Shown here piece after piece: positions 18,764 to 28,276 of a stretch of 64,000 nucleotides of DNA (positions are counted from its first letter, which is position 1; each line of letters begins with the position of its first letter). Origin of the DNA: a bacterium. GTDB taxonomy: Bacteria; Patescibacteriota; CPR2; UBA1875; JAJYID01. The stretch spans positions 383,687-447,686 of the forward strand of contig JAJYLR010000001.1 of assembly GCA_021787535.1 (NCBI GenBank), written 5' to 3'. The position numbers and the translations under genes are program-made. The notes beneath the pieces were generated by a model. That model was given only the letters and a program-made list of their open reading frames with translations, had not been told where the DNA came from and ran no database searches.

Positions 18764-19450
18764 TTAGCTTATAGCATGAGTTATTTTCTTGATCATTACT
18801 ACCATCCAGCCGAAGGGACTCATCAGAATCCTTGTTGCACTTTGGATGGGGAATAAATCCCTTTTCCAAAGAACGATAGCAATTTTTAAACCATCTCGAG
18901 TATAAAAATAACTGGAGATTAGTGAAAAAACAAATGCTGTGATAATGATAGGACTGAGGGCAGGGATCTGAATTTCCTGAAAATTGATTCTAAAAAAGAA
19001 ATAAACTATTATCGCGATCATTTGCAGTGCTGTAGAACACTTGCCGACGCGATTTACATTGTTTATTCCCTTGATTTTTTCCAGGATAAATGATTCGCCA
19101 GATCTTTGTGCTATTCGATGAAGATATTTAAATCCTTGGCTTAGAAAAATATTTCTAAATATAATTGCCAAAAACAATATCTCTATAGCAACTGGTAATC
19201 CTCCAAAAATAATGAGGTAGATATAAATAAGTCCGATACTGAGAGCGTCAACTATCGGATCCCATTTCTTTCCCCACTCACTTTCGGTTTTGAATTTCCT
19301 TGCCAATCTGCCATCCAGGTCTGTCAGAAAACTGAAAAGTAAACAGATAAGCCCTATAGTAGGGATGTCCAGTAACTCAAAACTTATGCCGCAGAGGCAA
19401 AGGGGAACACGCAAAAAAGTTAAAATATTTGGAAGATTTCTTCTGACCAT
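18764..19450 (-). CDS. CDP-alcohol phosphatidyltransferase (PgsA/ClsA-like)
   Basis: NLPNILTFLR, DLDGRLAR-x7-G-x3-D-x3-D, GKCSTALQM; start moved to ATG 19450 behind GGAGGTGA. Confidence 0.85.
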   Translation of the reverse strand: MVRRNLPNILTFLRVPLCLCGISFELLDIPTIGLICLLFSFLTDLDGRLARKFKTESEWGKKWDPIVDALSIGLIYIYLIIFGGLPVAIEILFLAIIFRNIFLSQGFKYLHRIAQRSGESFILEKIKGINNVNRVGKCSTALQMIAIIVYFFFRINFQEIQIPALSPIIITAFVFSLISSYFYTRDGLKIAIVLWKRDLFPIQSATRILMSPFGWMVVMIKKITHAIS

Positions 19451-19531
19451 CAGTCTCACCTCCTGTGTCAATGAACACCTTTGAGTCTCTATATTATATA
19501 TAAAGATCCGAAAATTAGCTATAATAAAGCA

Positions 19532-20680
19532 ATGAAGAAATTTCAATTTGAATTAAAAAATGAAGACGGGAATGCTAGGGTTGGTAAAATCACTACGGCG
19601 CATGGAGAGATAGAGACCCCTGTCTTTATGCCGGTTGGAACTCGGGGTTCAATCAAGACTGCTTCTCCCGATGAAGTGGCAGACCTTGGCGCGCAAATCA
19701 TCCTTGGAAATACCTACCATCTTTATTTGCGACCCGGTACGGATATTATTAAAAAGCATGGTGGACTTCATAAGTTTATGCAGTGGAAAGGGCCGATTCT
19801 GACAGATTCCGGCGGTTTTCAAGTCTTTTCCCTTGGTTTTGGTTCTAAAAACAGAAAAAATGAGCGGTTGGTAAAAATTAAAGAAGACGGTGTCGAGTTT
19901 CGTTCGCATATCGACGGTTCCAAACACTTCTTTACACCTGAAAATGTAATTCAAATGCAGAAAGAAATCGGCGCAGATATTATGATGGCATTTGATGAAT
20001 GCGCGCCGGCGGATGCAGACTATGATTATGCGCGTGAGGCAATGGAGAGAACTCACAGATGGGCCGACGAGTGTATAGCTGCCAATCAAAAAATTAAATC
20101 ATTATATGGTTATGATCAGGCGCTTTTTGGTATTGTGCAAGGAGTAATTTACAAAGATTTAAGAATTGAGTCAGCAAAGTTCATGGTCAGCCGCGACTTC
20201 GACGGTATTGCCATCGGCGGGCTCGCAGTCGGTGAGAGCGAAAAAGCAAGAAATGAAATGCTTGAGACTGTTATGCCTTATCTGCCAAAGGATAAACCCA
20301 GATATTTAATGGGAGTGGGTTTCCCTCAAGATATTCTGAACGCAGTTGAATGTGGGATAGACATGTTTGACTGCGTTTTACCGACACGGCTGGCAAGAAA
20401 CGGAACCCTTTGGACATATCAAGGGAAAATCAATCTTTTAAATACCAAATACTCTTGTGATTTGGATCCGATCGAGAAAAACTGCGATTGTTACGCTTGC
20501 CAAAATTTTTCCCGATCATATGTCGCTCATTTAATAAAAGAGGGGGAAATTTTAGGGATTCGTTTAACTACTATCCATAATTTACGTTTTATGATGAGAT
20601 TTATGCGTGACATTAGAAACTCTATTTCGGAAGGCAATTTTGACGGGTTTAAAAATAAATTTATCAGGAATTTTCTCTAA
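19532..20680 (+). CDS. tgt: tRNA-guanine transglycosylase
   Basis: TPVFMPVGT, NTYHL, TDSGGFQVFSL, DMFDCVLPTR, CDCYAC; start moved to ATG 19532. Confidence 0.97.
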   Translation: MKKFQFELKNEDGNARVGKITTAHGEIETPVFMPVGTRGSIKTASPDEVADLGAQIILGNTYHLYLRPGTDIIKKHGGLHKFMQWKGPILTDSGGFQVFSLGFGSKNRKNERLVKIKEDGVEFRSHIDGSKHFFTPENVIQMQKEIGADIMMAFDECAPADADYDYAREAMERTHRWADECIAANQKIKSLYGYDQALFGIVQGVIYKDLRIESAKFMVSRDFDGIAIGGLAVGESEKARNEMLETVMPYLPKDKPRYLMGVGFPQDILNAVECGIDMFDCVLPTRLARNGTLWTYQGKINLLNTKYSCDLDPIEKNCDCYACQNFSRSYVAHLIKEGEILGIRLTTIHNLRFMMRFMRDIRNSISEGNFDGFKNKFIRNFL

Positions 20681-20769
20681 AAAGTAGCAGAAAGACTTAA
20701 ATTGTGCTACAATTGTACATTGGTTGGAAAATATTTTCCTGAAACTTGACAATAGAAAGCAGGTGAGTA

Positions 20770-22452
20770 ATGAAAAGGGCCTTAGTCTTAGGCGGTGGAG
20801 CAATGTATGGTGCCTATGATCTAGGCGCCTTGAAAGTCTTCACTAAAGAAGGGATTGTTTTTAATACTGTATATGCTGGTTCATCAGGTGTTTTCCTTGC
20901 TGGATATTATGCTTCTGGGCAGATTATGGATTTCGAAAAGATATGGCTCGGGAGTTCTGTTAGAAAAATAATGAAGCTCTCGAATATCCTCAAGATAAAA
21001 AGAGTTATGACTTTAGACCCGATTATCGATGAAATCATAAACGGGAATCATTGCCTTAACCTAGAGGCAATGCTAGCGTCAGAAGTTGAACTTGTGTTCT
21101 CTCTCACGGAATACCCTACAGGAAACGCTCTCACGGTTTACCCAAAGGACTGGCCAGACTTGATATATAAGATTATGGAAGCTTCAGCTGCTCTATATCC
21201 TTTTGTATCTCCGGTCGAAATTAAAGAAAAAAAATATATAGATGGGACTCTGAGTATCCCAGTTCTTCTATCAAGAGCTCTTGAAGACGGACATGACGAG
21301 GTGGTTCTTCTTCAAAATAAACCGCTCAAGAGAGGGGATTATGACAAATTCTGGTCTTTATCTTCTTATCTCTCACCAATTTTCTCGGAAGGTATTGAGA
21401 ATCTGATCAGGACTTATCCTGAAAGAAGAGATCGAGAACTTGACCTAAGAAGTAAAGCACAGTTGCTTTGTCCTAATTCCAGACTCCCTCTCAAACATTT
21501 TCTCGATACAGATTTAATACGGCTAGAAAGAAGCATGAGAATTGGTAGTCGAGATGCTCGATTTTTCATCAAGGAAGAAATTCCTCCGTTCAGAAAAAAG
21601 ATGAAAATTAACAAGAGGTATATTCGTAAAATCAAAAAGGAATTTTATGGATATATTCTCGGCAATAAAACAAGGAGGAAGAAATATCGCGGATACTACA
21701 GAGCACTGAGAAGCTACAAGTTCATCTCACTTAGTTTCAAAAGAGGCAATCTTATAGAGCTGTTTAATATCGCTATGAGATTATCAGATGATATTGCTGA
21801 CGGAGACTTAAGATTGCCTAAGGGTTATGCTACTTCAGCAGATTTTCTGGAAGAAAAGATTGCCTTCCTCGATGATCTGAGTGATCCTAGGGACAAAATT
21901 GAGGTACTGTTAGTATATTGCCATCAAATAGCTCTCAGTCTTGGTTTTGATATAATCGAGGAAGCCAGACAAATCCTTACCTCTCTTTTGTTTGATGCCA
22001 AAAGAAGGGAATCCTCTGAAGTTTTTCCTGATAAGATATTGCATGAAAACTTTCATAGGCTGGATATTGAGGGTGCTATTAGTGGCACGGTTAAAATTAT
22101 GAAAGGAGAAAAGGACCTAATACCGAAAGTTATTCCGCTTGGCTACGCAAGTAGAATCTACTACAATCTCAGAGATTACGAAGATGACATCGCGGCGGGA
22201 TTAATAAATATCTCAGCTGAAGACTGTGAACGTCTCGGGATTCCCATGGATTCCACTAAACTAAACGATCGCTTTACCAAATCAGTGAGAGTCTGGTTTG
22301 AAGAACAGGCAATCCTTGGTCTTAACTTGATAGAGGATTATAAAACGCGCATGAAGGGAGAAAAGCTCTCTAGAACCGTTCGCATTTCCTTAAATGGTTT
22401 TGAGGTGAAAGCAGGATCGTACCTTAAAAAAGTCTTAGAGGGTTCTTTGTGA
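20770..22452 (+). CDS. Patatin-like phospholipase fused to a squalene/phytoene synthase-like (class I isoprenoid synthase fold) domain
   Basis: N-half: LVLGGGAMYG, AGSSG, YIDG; C-half: RLSDDIAD and LGYA-x5-NLRDYEDD-x3-G-x-INI-x2-ED. Confidence 0.75.
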   Translation: MKRALVLGGGAMYGAYDLGALKVFTKEGIVFNTVYAGSSGVFLAGYYASGQIMDFEKIWLGSSVRKIMKLSNILKIKRVMTLDPIIDEIINGNHCLNLEAMLASEVELVFSLTEYPTGNALTVYPKDWPDLIYKIMEASAALYPFVSPVEIKEKKYIDGTLSIPVLLSRALEDGHDEVVLLQNKPLKRGDYDKFWSLSSYLSPIFSEGIENLIRTYPERRDRELDLRSKAQLLCPNSRLPLKHFLDTDLIRLERSMRIGSRDARFFIKEEIPPFRKKMKINKRYIRKIKKEFYGYILGNKTRRKKYRGYYRALRSYKFISLSFKRGNLIELFNIAMRLSDDIADGDLRLPKGYATSADFLEEKIAFLDDLSDPRDKIEVLLVYCHQIALSLGFDIIEEARQILTSLLFDAKRRESSEVFPDKILHENFHRLDIEGAISGTVKIMKGEKDLIPKVIPLGYASRIYYNLRDYEDDIAAGLINISAEDCERLGIPMDSTKLNDRFTKSVRVWFEEQAILGLNLIEDYKTRMKGEKLSRTVRISLNGFEVKAGSYLKKVLEGSL

Positions 22453-22476
22453 GGAGGCACAGAGAACCCTATTTTT
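22439..22476 (+). terminator. Intrinsic terminator overlapping the stop codon
   Basis: AGGGTTCTTTGTG-loop-CACAGAGAACCCT then ATTTTT. Confidence 0.7.
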
Positions 22477-22573
22477 ATTGACAAGCATATTAGGTTTCAG
22501 CTAATATGAAAACATAAAATCCTTCTACTTTAAAGCTATGAATGGCAGACAAAAATAAAAAGGAAAAATAAAA

Positions 22574-23530
22574 ATGAAAGAGGATAAAAGGATAAAACAA
22601 ATACAAAAATTGCTCGATGTCGCCGAAGGCAACCTGCATTCAGCCAGAAATTTATTTTTAGATATTTTAGGAGAAGATAAGACAGGTAGGGTCGATCATA
22701 AAGAGTCGGCTCGCGACCTGTCTATTTCAGACGAAGGGAAAATAATAGAAGGCATCTTCGACGGAGAGCAGATGATGTCACCAGATGGTAAAAAATATCC
22801 AGTACCTGCAAACTACGCTTCGAAATCGAAGCTTGTCGAGGGTGATACTTTGAAGCTCACAATTGCCGAAAATGGCTCTCTTCTTTACAAACAGATCAAA
22901 CCGGTAGAGCGAAAAAACCTAATTGGAAGCTTGGTATATGAAAATGGCAGCTACTCAGTCCTCGCAGAAGGGAAGAAATATCATATTCTTTTTGCCTCTG
23001 TTACTTATTATAAGGGTGAACAGGGAAATCAAGCTTCTATCATAGTGCCGGCTGATCAACCAAGTACTTGGGCTGCGCTGGATTCCATTATTCACGATCA
23101 TCATAAGAGTATGGAAAATCCAAAAAAAGACAAACAGTCGGAGGGAAAGGCAGAAAAGGGAGTTAAAGAAAAGGAAGAGGCAGATCAGTTAGAGTTGCCG
23201 GAAGAAAATAAAGAAATTTTAGAAGAGGTTAAGGAAAGATATTTAGATGATAAAACCCAACCTAAAGAATCCAAAGATGGAGGTCATAATTTAGAAAGTC
23301 CAGAAAAGGCAGGGGGCGAGAAAGATATTGAGTCCAAGCAAGAGAATATAAAAACTCAAACACCTAAAAAAACAGTTAGTGAACCAGCTGATGAACATCT
23401 AAGTATTAAAAGTAATCCTTCCCCTTTTCTCGAGGAGAAAAGGGATGATGAAATAGAGGAGAAGAACTCTTTAGGTGAAGATTCCCCAAACGATTCTAAT
23501 CCTGAAAATGTCAGAGAATTAGAGATTTAG
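22574..23530 (+). CDS. Conserved hypothetical protein (CPR-typical) with long acidic disordered tail
   Basis: EGIFDG-x-x-M, YPVPANYASKSKLVEGD-x-LKLTI, ASVTYYK; E/K-rich last ~140 aa. Confidence 0.8.
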   Translation: MKEDKRIKQIQKLLDVAEGNLHSARNLFLDILGEDKTGRVDHKESARDLSISDEGKIIEGIFDGEQMMSPDGKKYPVPANYASKSKLVEGDTLKLTIAENGSLLYKQIKPVERKNLIGSLVYENGSYSVLAEGKKYHILFASVTYYKGEQGNQASIIVPADQPSTWAALDSIIHDHHKSMENPKKDKQSEGKAEKGVKEKEEADQLELPEENKEILEEVKERYLDDKTQPKESKDGGHNLESPEKAGGEKDIESKQENIKTQTPKKTVSEPADEHLSIKSNPSPFLEEKRDDEIEEKNSLGEDSPNDSNPENVRELEI

Positions 23531-24303
23531 TGAGTTTCTATACCTCTAATCTTTATATCTGATTTGTAAATTTCAGATTTAATATTTTCGTTGTATAAAT
23601 TAAGCATGTCTTTATTTTGTATAATTTTCGAGCTTTCAGGGTAATTACTTTTTAAAATTTCTTTAAATTCTTCGCCTGCACCCTTTAAGTTTATAAATTC
23701 AAACCAGTAGAAGTCAGCGTGATCCTTTGTGTCTTTCATAACTTTATCTAAATCAAATACATCAGGAATTATTGGACTGACAAAAGCGTAAGTTCTAATG
23801 CCTGATTTTTTTAATTTTTTCATTGCTTCGACTCTTTTAATATTTTCGGGTGAATTCGGTTCGAAAAGCTGCTGATCCTTTCCTTGAAATGAGTTAATGG
23901 TAAAGCCCACTTCAATATTTTTAAATTGCTTCAATAAATCCAAGTCTCTTAAGACCAAATCCGACTTCGTTAAGATAGAAAGATCCGTATTTTTATCCAG
24001 ATTTTCCAGGACTTTTCTTGTCAGCTTGAGTTCCTTTTCAGCTGGCTGATATGCATCGCTCACAGAACTCATAAATACTTTTCCGGAAATCTTCCTGCCC
24101 CTCACTAGATCTGGCGCATTTATTTTCGCTTCTATCCACGTACCCCAGTTACCGTATCCTTTCCATCTTGATATAAATTTGGCATAGCAATATGTGCAGC
24201 CATGAGAACATCCGACATACTGGTTTATAACGTAATCAGCTCCCGGCAGATTTGTCTTTGTAAAGATCTCTTTGGCTTTTGTTTTGATGATTTTTTGTTT
24301 CAT
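23527..24303 (-). CDS. Radical SAM protein, spore photoproduct lyase-like family
   Basis: NQYVGCSHGCTYCYA (CxxxCxxC), SSVSDAYQPAE, ILTKS-x-LVLRDLD. Confidence 0.88.
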   Translation of the reverse strand: MKQKIIKTKAKEIFTKTNLPGADYVINQYVGCSHGCTYCYAKFISRWKGYGNWGTWIEAKINAPDLVRGRKISGKVFMSSVSDAYQPAEKELKLTRKVLENLDKNTDLSILTKSDLVLRDLDLLKQFKNIEVGFTINSFQGKDQQLFEPNSPENIKRVEAMKKLKKSGIRTYAFVSPIIPDVFDLDKVMKDTKDHADFYWFEFINLKGAGEEFKEILKSNYPESSKIIQNKDMLNLYNENIKSEIYKSDIKIRGIETH

Positions 24304-24465
24304 AGTTTTAATTTACATGGTTTTTAGGAAAATAAAAGTATACAAAATCCTTTGTCCACAGAAAAATCTGATTTATGAACATCTAAGCCACACAAATCGC
24401 CCTTAAACTTGATGAAAATAAGGTTTATACTGTATTTACTTTAGAACAAAAGAAAGGATTTTATC

Positions 24466-25953
24466 TTGGCAAGAGTGGCGCTATATAGAAAATACAGGCC
24501 GCAAAACTTCAATGAGGTTTTGGGTCAGGTATCAGCTATGAAGATATTGGAAAATGCCGTTAAATCTTCAAGTTTTTCGCATGCTTATATTTTCTGCGGA
24601 CCAAGGGGCATCGGCAAAACTTCGGTGGCGAGGATTATGGCAAAAGCGGTCAACTGCAAAAACCCAAAAGATGGTAATCCCTGCAATCAATGTGAAGCTT
24701 GTAAATCAATAAGCGAGCAGACAGCTCTGGATATTATAGAAATCGATGCGGCATCAAACCGCGGAATTGACGAGATCCGGGATCTGCGGGAAAAAGTTAA
24801 GTTTTCTCCAAGCGAACTCAAATATAAAGTTTTTATTATTGACGAAGTGCATATGCTGACAAAAGAGGCCTTTAATGCGCTTCTAAAGACACTGGAAGAG
24901 CCGCCGGAACATGCGCTTTTTATCATGGCTACAACTGAGATACATAAAATACCGGCAACAGTTATCTCCAGATGCCAGAGATTCGATTTTCAGAGAATAT
25001 CTAATGCTGAGCTCACAAAGGGATTGGCCGATATCGCCAAAAAAGAGGAAATAAAGGTAGACAGCGAGGCGATTTCGGTAATAGCTAAGGCAAGCGAAGG
25101 CGGTTTTCGCGACGCGATTTCTATTCTTGACCAGATTTCCGCACACACAAATCAAAGTAAAAAAATAGAAAAAGACGATGTATTTGACCTGTTTGGACTA
25201 GTTGGCAATGATAAAGTAGACAAACTTATAAATATGATTGAAGCCGGTAAGAAAAAGAAATCACTAGAGTTTTTATCAGAACTTTTAGAGCAAGGAGCAG
25301 ATATTGGACAGCTAACAAAAGGATTGCTGGTTCAGTATCAGAATTCCATGAAAAAAGAATTGAACGATAAGGAAAAACTATCAAAGTGTGTTAGTGCGAT
25401 CGAGATATTAAGCGACACAAACAAAAGCTTTAAACATGCTCTGTATCCGCAACTATCGCTTGAAGTTGCTGTTTTAAAAATAATTGATATTTTCGGCGAA
25501 GATTCCTCTAAAGCCATCCGTAGGGAAAACGATGATAATAGTGAAGAAAAGACAGAAAAAATAAGTAATAAACCCGAGAAACAAAAAAGCAATCATAAAA
25601 AAAATAATCCCGATTTGAAATGGGAAGAAGTGCTCTGCGAAATTAAATCCAAAAACAACTCGATTCACGCTTTTGTCAAAGAGTCTGATCCGGTGATAAG
25701 AGGCGAGGAAATCCATCTTATTTTCCCTTACAAATTTCATAAAGAAAGAATTGAGGACAGAAAAAATAAAAAGATAGTCGAGGAGGCGATCGCCAAGGTC
25801 AGCGGCCAGACTTATAATATTATCTGCAAGATTGGAGACATAAAAAATAAACCGGAGCCGGAGCAAGAAATCAGTGAAAAGAATTCCGCCGAAGAAGACA
25901 AAGATACAAATATTAATGAGATTCTCGACGTTTTAGGGGGAGAACTTATCTAG
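24466..25953 (+). CDS. dnaX: DNA polymerase III subunit gamma/tau
   Basis: LYRKYRPQ, GPRGIGKTS, EIDAASNRG, DEVHML, SRCQ; TTG start. Confidence 0.97.
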   Translation: MARVALYRKYRPQNFNEVLGQVSAMKILENAVKSSSFSHAYIFCGPRGIGKTSVARIMAKAVNCKNPKDGNPCNQCEACKSISEQTALDIIEIDAASNRGIDEIRDLREKVKFSPSELKYKVFIIDEVHMLTKEAFNALLKTLEEPPEHALFIMATTEIHKIPATVISRCQRFDFQRISNAELTKGLADIAKKEEIKVDSEAISVIAKASEGGFRDAISILDQISAHTNQSKKIEKDDVFDLFGLVGNDKVDKLINMIEAGKKKKSLEFLSELLEQGADIGQLTKGLLVQYQNSMKKELNDKEKLSKCVSAIEILSDTNKSFKHALYPQLSLEVAVLKIIDIFGEDSSKAIRRENDDNSEEKTEKISNKPEKQKSNHKKNNPDLKWEEVLCEIKSKNNSIHAFVKESDPVIRGEEIHLIFPYKFHKERIEDRKNKKIVEEAIAKVSGQTYNIICKIGDIKNKPEPEQEISEKNSAEEDKDTNINEILDVLGGELI

Positions 25954-25993
25954 ATATTTTTAAAAAATTAGAGGAGGGGTAGGAGAATTAAAA

Positions 25994-27334
25994 ATGGCTG
26001 AAGAAATCAAAGGACGAAAACCGCCTCAAAATGAAGAAGCGGAAGTGTCAGTTCTGGGTTCGATACTGCTGGAAAAAGACGCAATTATTAAAGTTGCGGA
26101 CATCATTATGCCTGAAGATTTTTATAATGATGCGCATAAGCTAATCTACACAAGCATGCTAGAGCTTTTTGAGCGCCATCAGCCGATTGATCTTGTAACT
26201 TTAACGAATAAACTGCGCGAAAAAAAGATTTTAGATTCAGTCGGCGGAGCAGCTTATATTTCCGATCTTGTAAACTCCGTACCCTCGGCAGCAAATATCG
26301 TTCATTATGCAAAGATTATTGCCGATAAAGCGCTTCTTCGAAAGCTGATAGAATCGTCAAATGACATTACAAACCTTGCATATGAAGAAAAGGAAGAGAC
26401 TTCCAGAGTTTTAGATAAGGCAGAACAAAAAATCTTTAAAGTCGCAGAGAAGCATCTGAAAGGCAAATTTATTGCGATCAAAAGCATTTTGGAGGAATCT
26501 TTTGAAAGAATTGATGAACTTCACAAAGATAAAGACAAGCTTCGCGGCGTGCCCACTGGCTTTAAAGAACTTGATAATATTTTAGCGGGACTTCAGCCAA
26601 GCGATCTGATTATCCTCGCCGCCAGGCCTTCGGTCGGTAAAACATCGTTAGCTTTAAATATTGCCCAGCATGTTGCTCGAAAAGAAGGTATTGCAACCGC
26701 TCTCTTCTCATTAGAAATGTCTAAGGAGCAGTTAGTTGATCGGCTGCTTGCCTCAGAGGCAAAAGTTGACAGCTGGAAACTTCGTACCGGTAATCTCGAT
26801 GATGATGATTTTCCAAAAATTGGTCGGGCGATGGCTGCGCTATCTGAAGCTCCTTTCTTTATTGATGACTCCCCGCTTATTAATGTTCTGGAAATGCGTA
26901 CTAAAGCCAGACGGCTGCAAGCGGAGAAGGGGCTTGGGCTTGTAATTGTTGATTATCTTCAACTAATGCAAGGCGGAAACAGTGAAAATAGAGTCCAGGA
27001 AATTTCAGAAATTTCAAGGTCCTTAAAAGGATTGGCCCGTGAACTTTCAGTGCCAATTATAGCGCTATCTCAGCTATCTAGAGCGGTAGAAGCACGTCCG
27101 GATAAAAGACCAATACTTTCAGATCTCAGAGAATCGGGCTCTATCGAACAGGATGCAGACGTTGTGATGTTCATTTATAGAGATGAACTCTATAATCCAG
27201 AAACAGAGAAAAAAGGAGTTTCGGAGATTATTATCAGAAAACACAGAAACGGTCCTATCGGCAGCGTTGATCTCTTTTTCCATCAAGAGCAAACAGCTTT
27301 TAGGAGTTTGGACAAAAAACACCCGGTTCAATAA
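25994..27334 (+). CDS. dnaB: Replicative DNA helicase
   Basis: AARPSVGKT, FSLEMS, VDYLQL, LSQLSR, DLRESGSIEQDAD. Confidence 0.98.
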   Translation: MAEEIKGRKPPQNEEAEVSVLGSILLEKDAIIKVADIIMPEDFYNDAHKLIYTSMLELFERHQPIDLVTLTNKLREKKILDSVGGAAYISDLVNSVPSAANIVHYAKIIADKALLRKLIESSNDITNLAYEEKEETSRVLDKAEQKIFKVAEKHLKGKFIAIKSILEESFERIDELHKDKDKLRGVPTGFKELDNILAGLQPSDLIILAARPSVGKTSLALNIAQHVARKEGIATALFSLEMSKEQLVDRLLASEAKVDSWKLRTGNLDDDDFPKIGRAMAALSEAPFFIDDSPLINVLEMRTKARRLQAEKGLGLVIVDYLQLMQGGNSENRVQEISEISRSLKGLARELSVPIIALSQLSRAVEARPDKRPILSDLRESGSIEQDADVVMFIYRDELYNPETEKKGVSEIIIRKHRNGPIGSVDLFFHQEQTAFRSLDKKHPVQ

Positions 27335-27343
27335 ATAAGAAAT

Positions 27344-27376
27344 ACAAAAACCCCGGATTTTCCGGGGTTTTGTTTT
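27344..27376. terminator. Bidirectional terminator between dnaB and sigH
   Basis: AAAACCCCGGA-TTT-TCCGGGGTTTT with A/T tracts on both sides. Confidence 0.85.
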
Positions 27377-27392
27377 ATCACATCAAAAATCT

Positions 27393-28079
27393 TTAGAAAA
27401 CCTCCCTAGCTTTTAAATGCAAGTCTACCTTCCGCTTGATACGCTGCAGGGCATTATCAACGCTTTTTGTGTCACTGTCATAACCTCTTGCTTTTAATTC
27501 CCCACTGATTTGCTCATATGATAACCCTTCGAGATAAAAGTTAAGAGAAATCATTTCCAGATCAGAAAGTAGTACGGCAAACATGGCGTTTAAGGCATCA
27601 ACTTCTTCTTTTACAATAACCTGGCTATCCGGCTCATTCACAGATGAACCAGGTAAAATACCTTCTAAACTACAATCATTTTCATCTGTTGCAGATGAAC
27701 GATAAAGAGAGAGATAGTTATTTAAGAAGCTATGTTTTCCCCGCGAAGCAGTTTTCACTGCAGTAATAATCTGCCGAGTAACACAAAGTTCAGCAAAGCT
27801 TCTAAAAGAAGCTTCTCTATCACAGCGATAATCTTTGATGGCTTTGTATAAACCAACCATACCTTCCTGAACCAGGTCTTCATTTTCTCCACCGGCTATA
27901 AAGTAGCTTGAGGCCTTCAGTTTGATAAAGCCCAAGTATTTTTCAATAAGGCGAGTTATAGCTTCTTCGCTTCCCATCCTAGAAAGCTCAATCAACTTCA
28001 GATCTTCCTCTTGTGATTTGCTGCTAACTGAGGATATTTCGCGTTTGACAACCATAACCCTCCTTTCTTTTTCAGACAT
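27393..28079 (-). CDS. sigH: SigH (Spo0H)-like RNA polymerase sigma factor
   Basis: YFIAGGENEDLVQEGMVGLYKAIKDY, ASFRSFAELCVTRQIITAVK, KSVDNALQRIKRK; true start may be ATG 28055 (AGGAGG upstream). Confidence 0.85.
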   Translation of the reverse strand: MSEKERRVMVVKREISSVSSKSQEEDLKLIELSRMGSEEAITRLIEKYLGFIKLKASSYFIAGGENEDLVQEGMVGLYKAIKDYRCDREASFRSFAELCVTRQIITAVKTASRGKHSFLNNYLSLYRSSATDENDCSLEGILPGSSVNEPDSQVIVKEEVDALNAMFAVLLSDLEMISLNFYLEGLSYEQISGELKARGYDSDTKSVDNALQRIKRKVDLHLKAREVF

Positions 28080-28276
28080 GATGCAATATAAAGATCAAGG
28101 TACTAAATATAAATTACCATAAGCATCTTTCAAAAACAATAAATATGGTCTTATACGTTTGCTATTGATAAGGTAAAGAGACCTTGAGAAAACATAAATT
28201 GAATGGTATAATAACAGTGCAAAATATGGCAGATTTTGGGTTCTTTAAAAAAATTCAAAACACTTAAGGAGGCGGG

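Noticed and set aside
22574-23530. Novel protein claim for the PANYASKSKL hypothetical
   Set aside because: Recognised as a commonly occurring CPR conserved hypothetical; unknown function but not specific to this locus
23527-24303. SPL-like radical SAM as evidence for sporulation together with the sigma factors
   Set aside because: This family is widespread in non-sporulating bacteria and archaea; it is separated from the sigmas by dnaX-dnaB
24466-25953. Programmed frameshift in dnaX
   Set aside because: A-runs are present but no slippery site with SD and downstream hairpin could be supported; A-runs are ubiquitous in this genome
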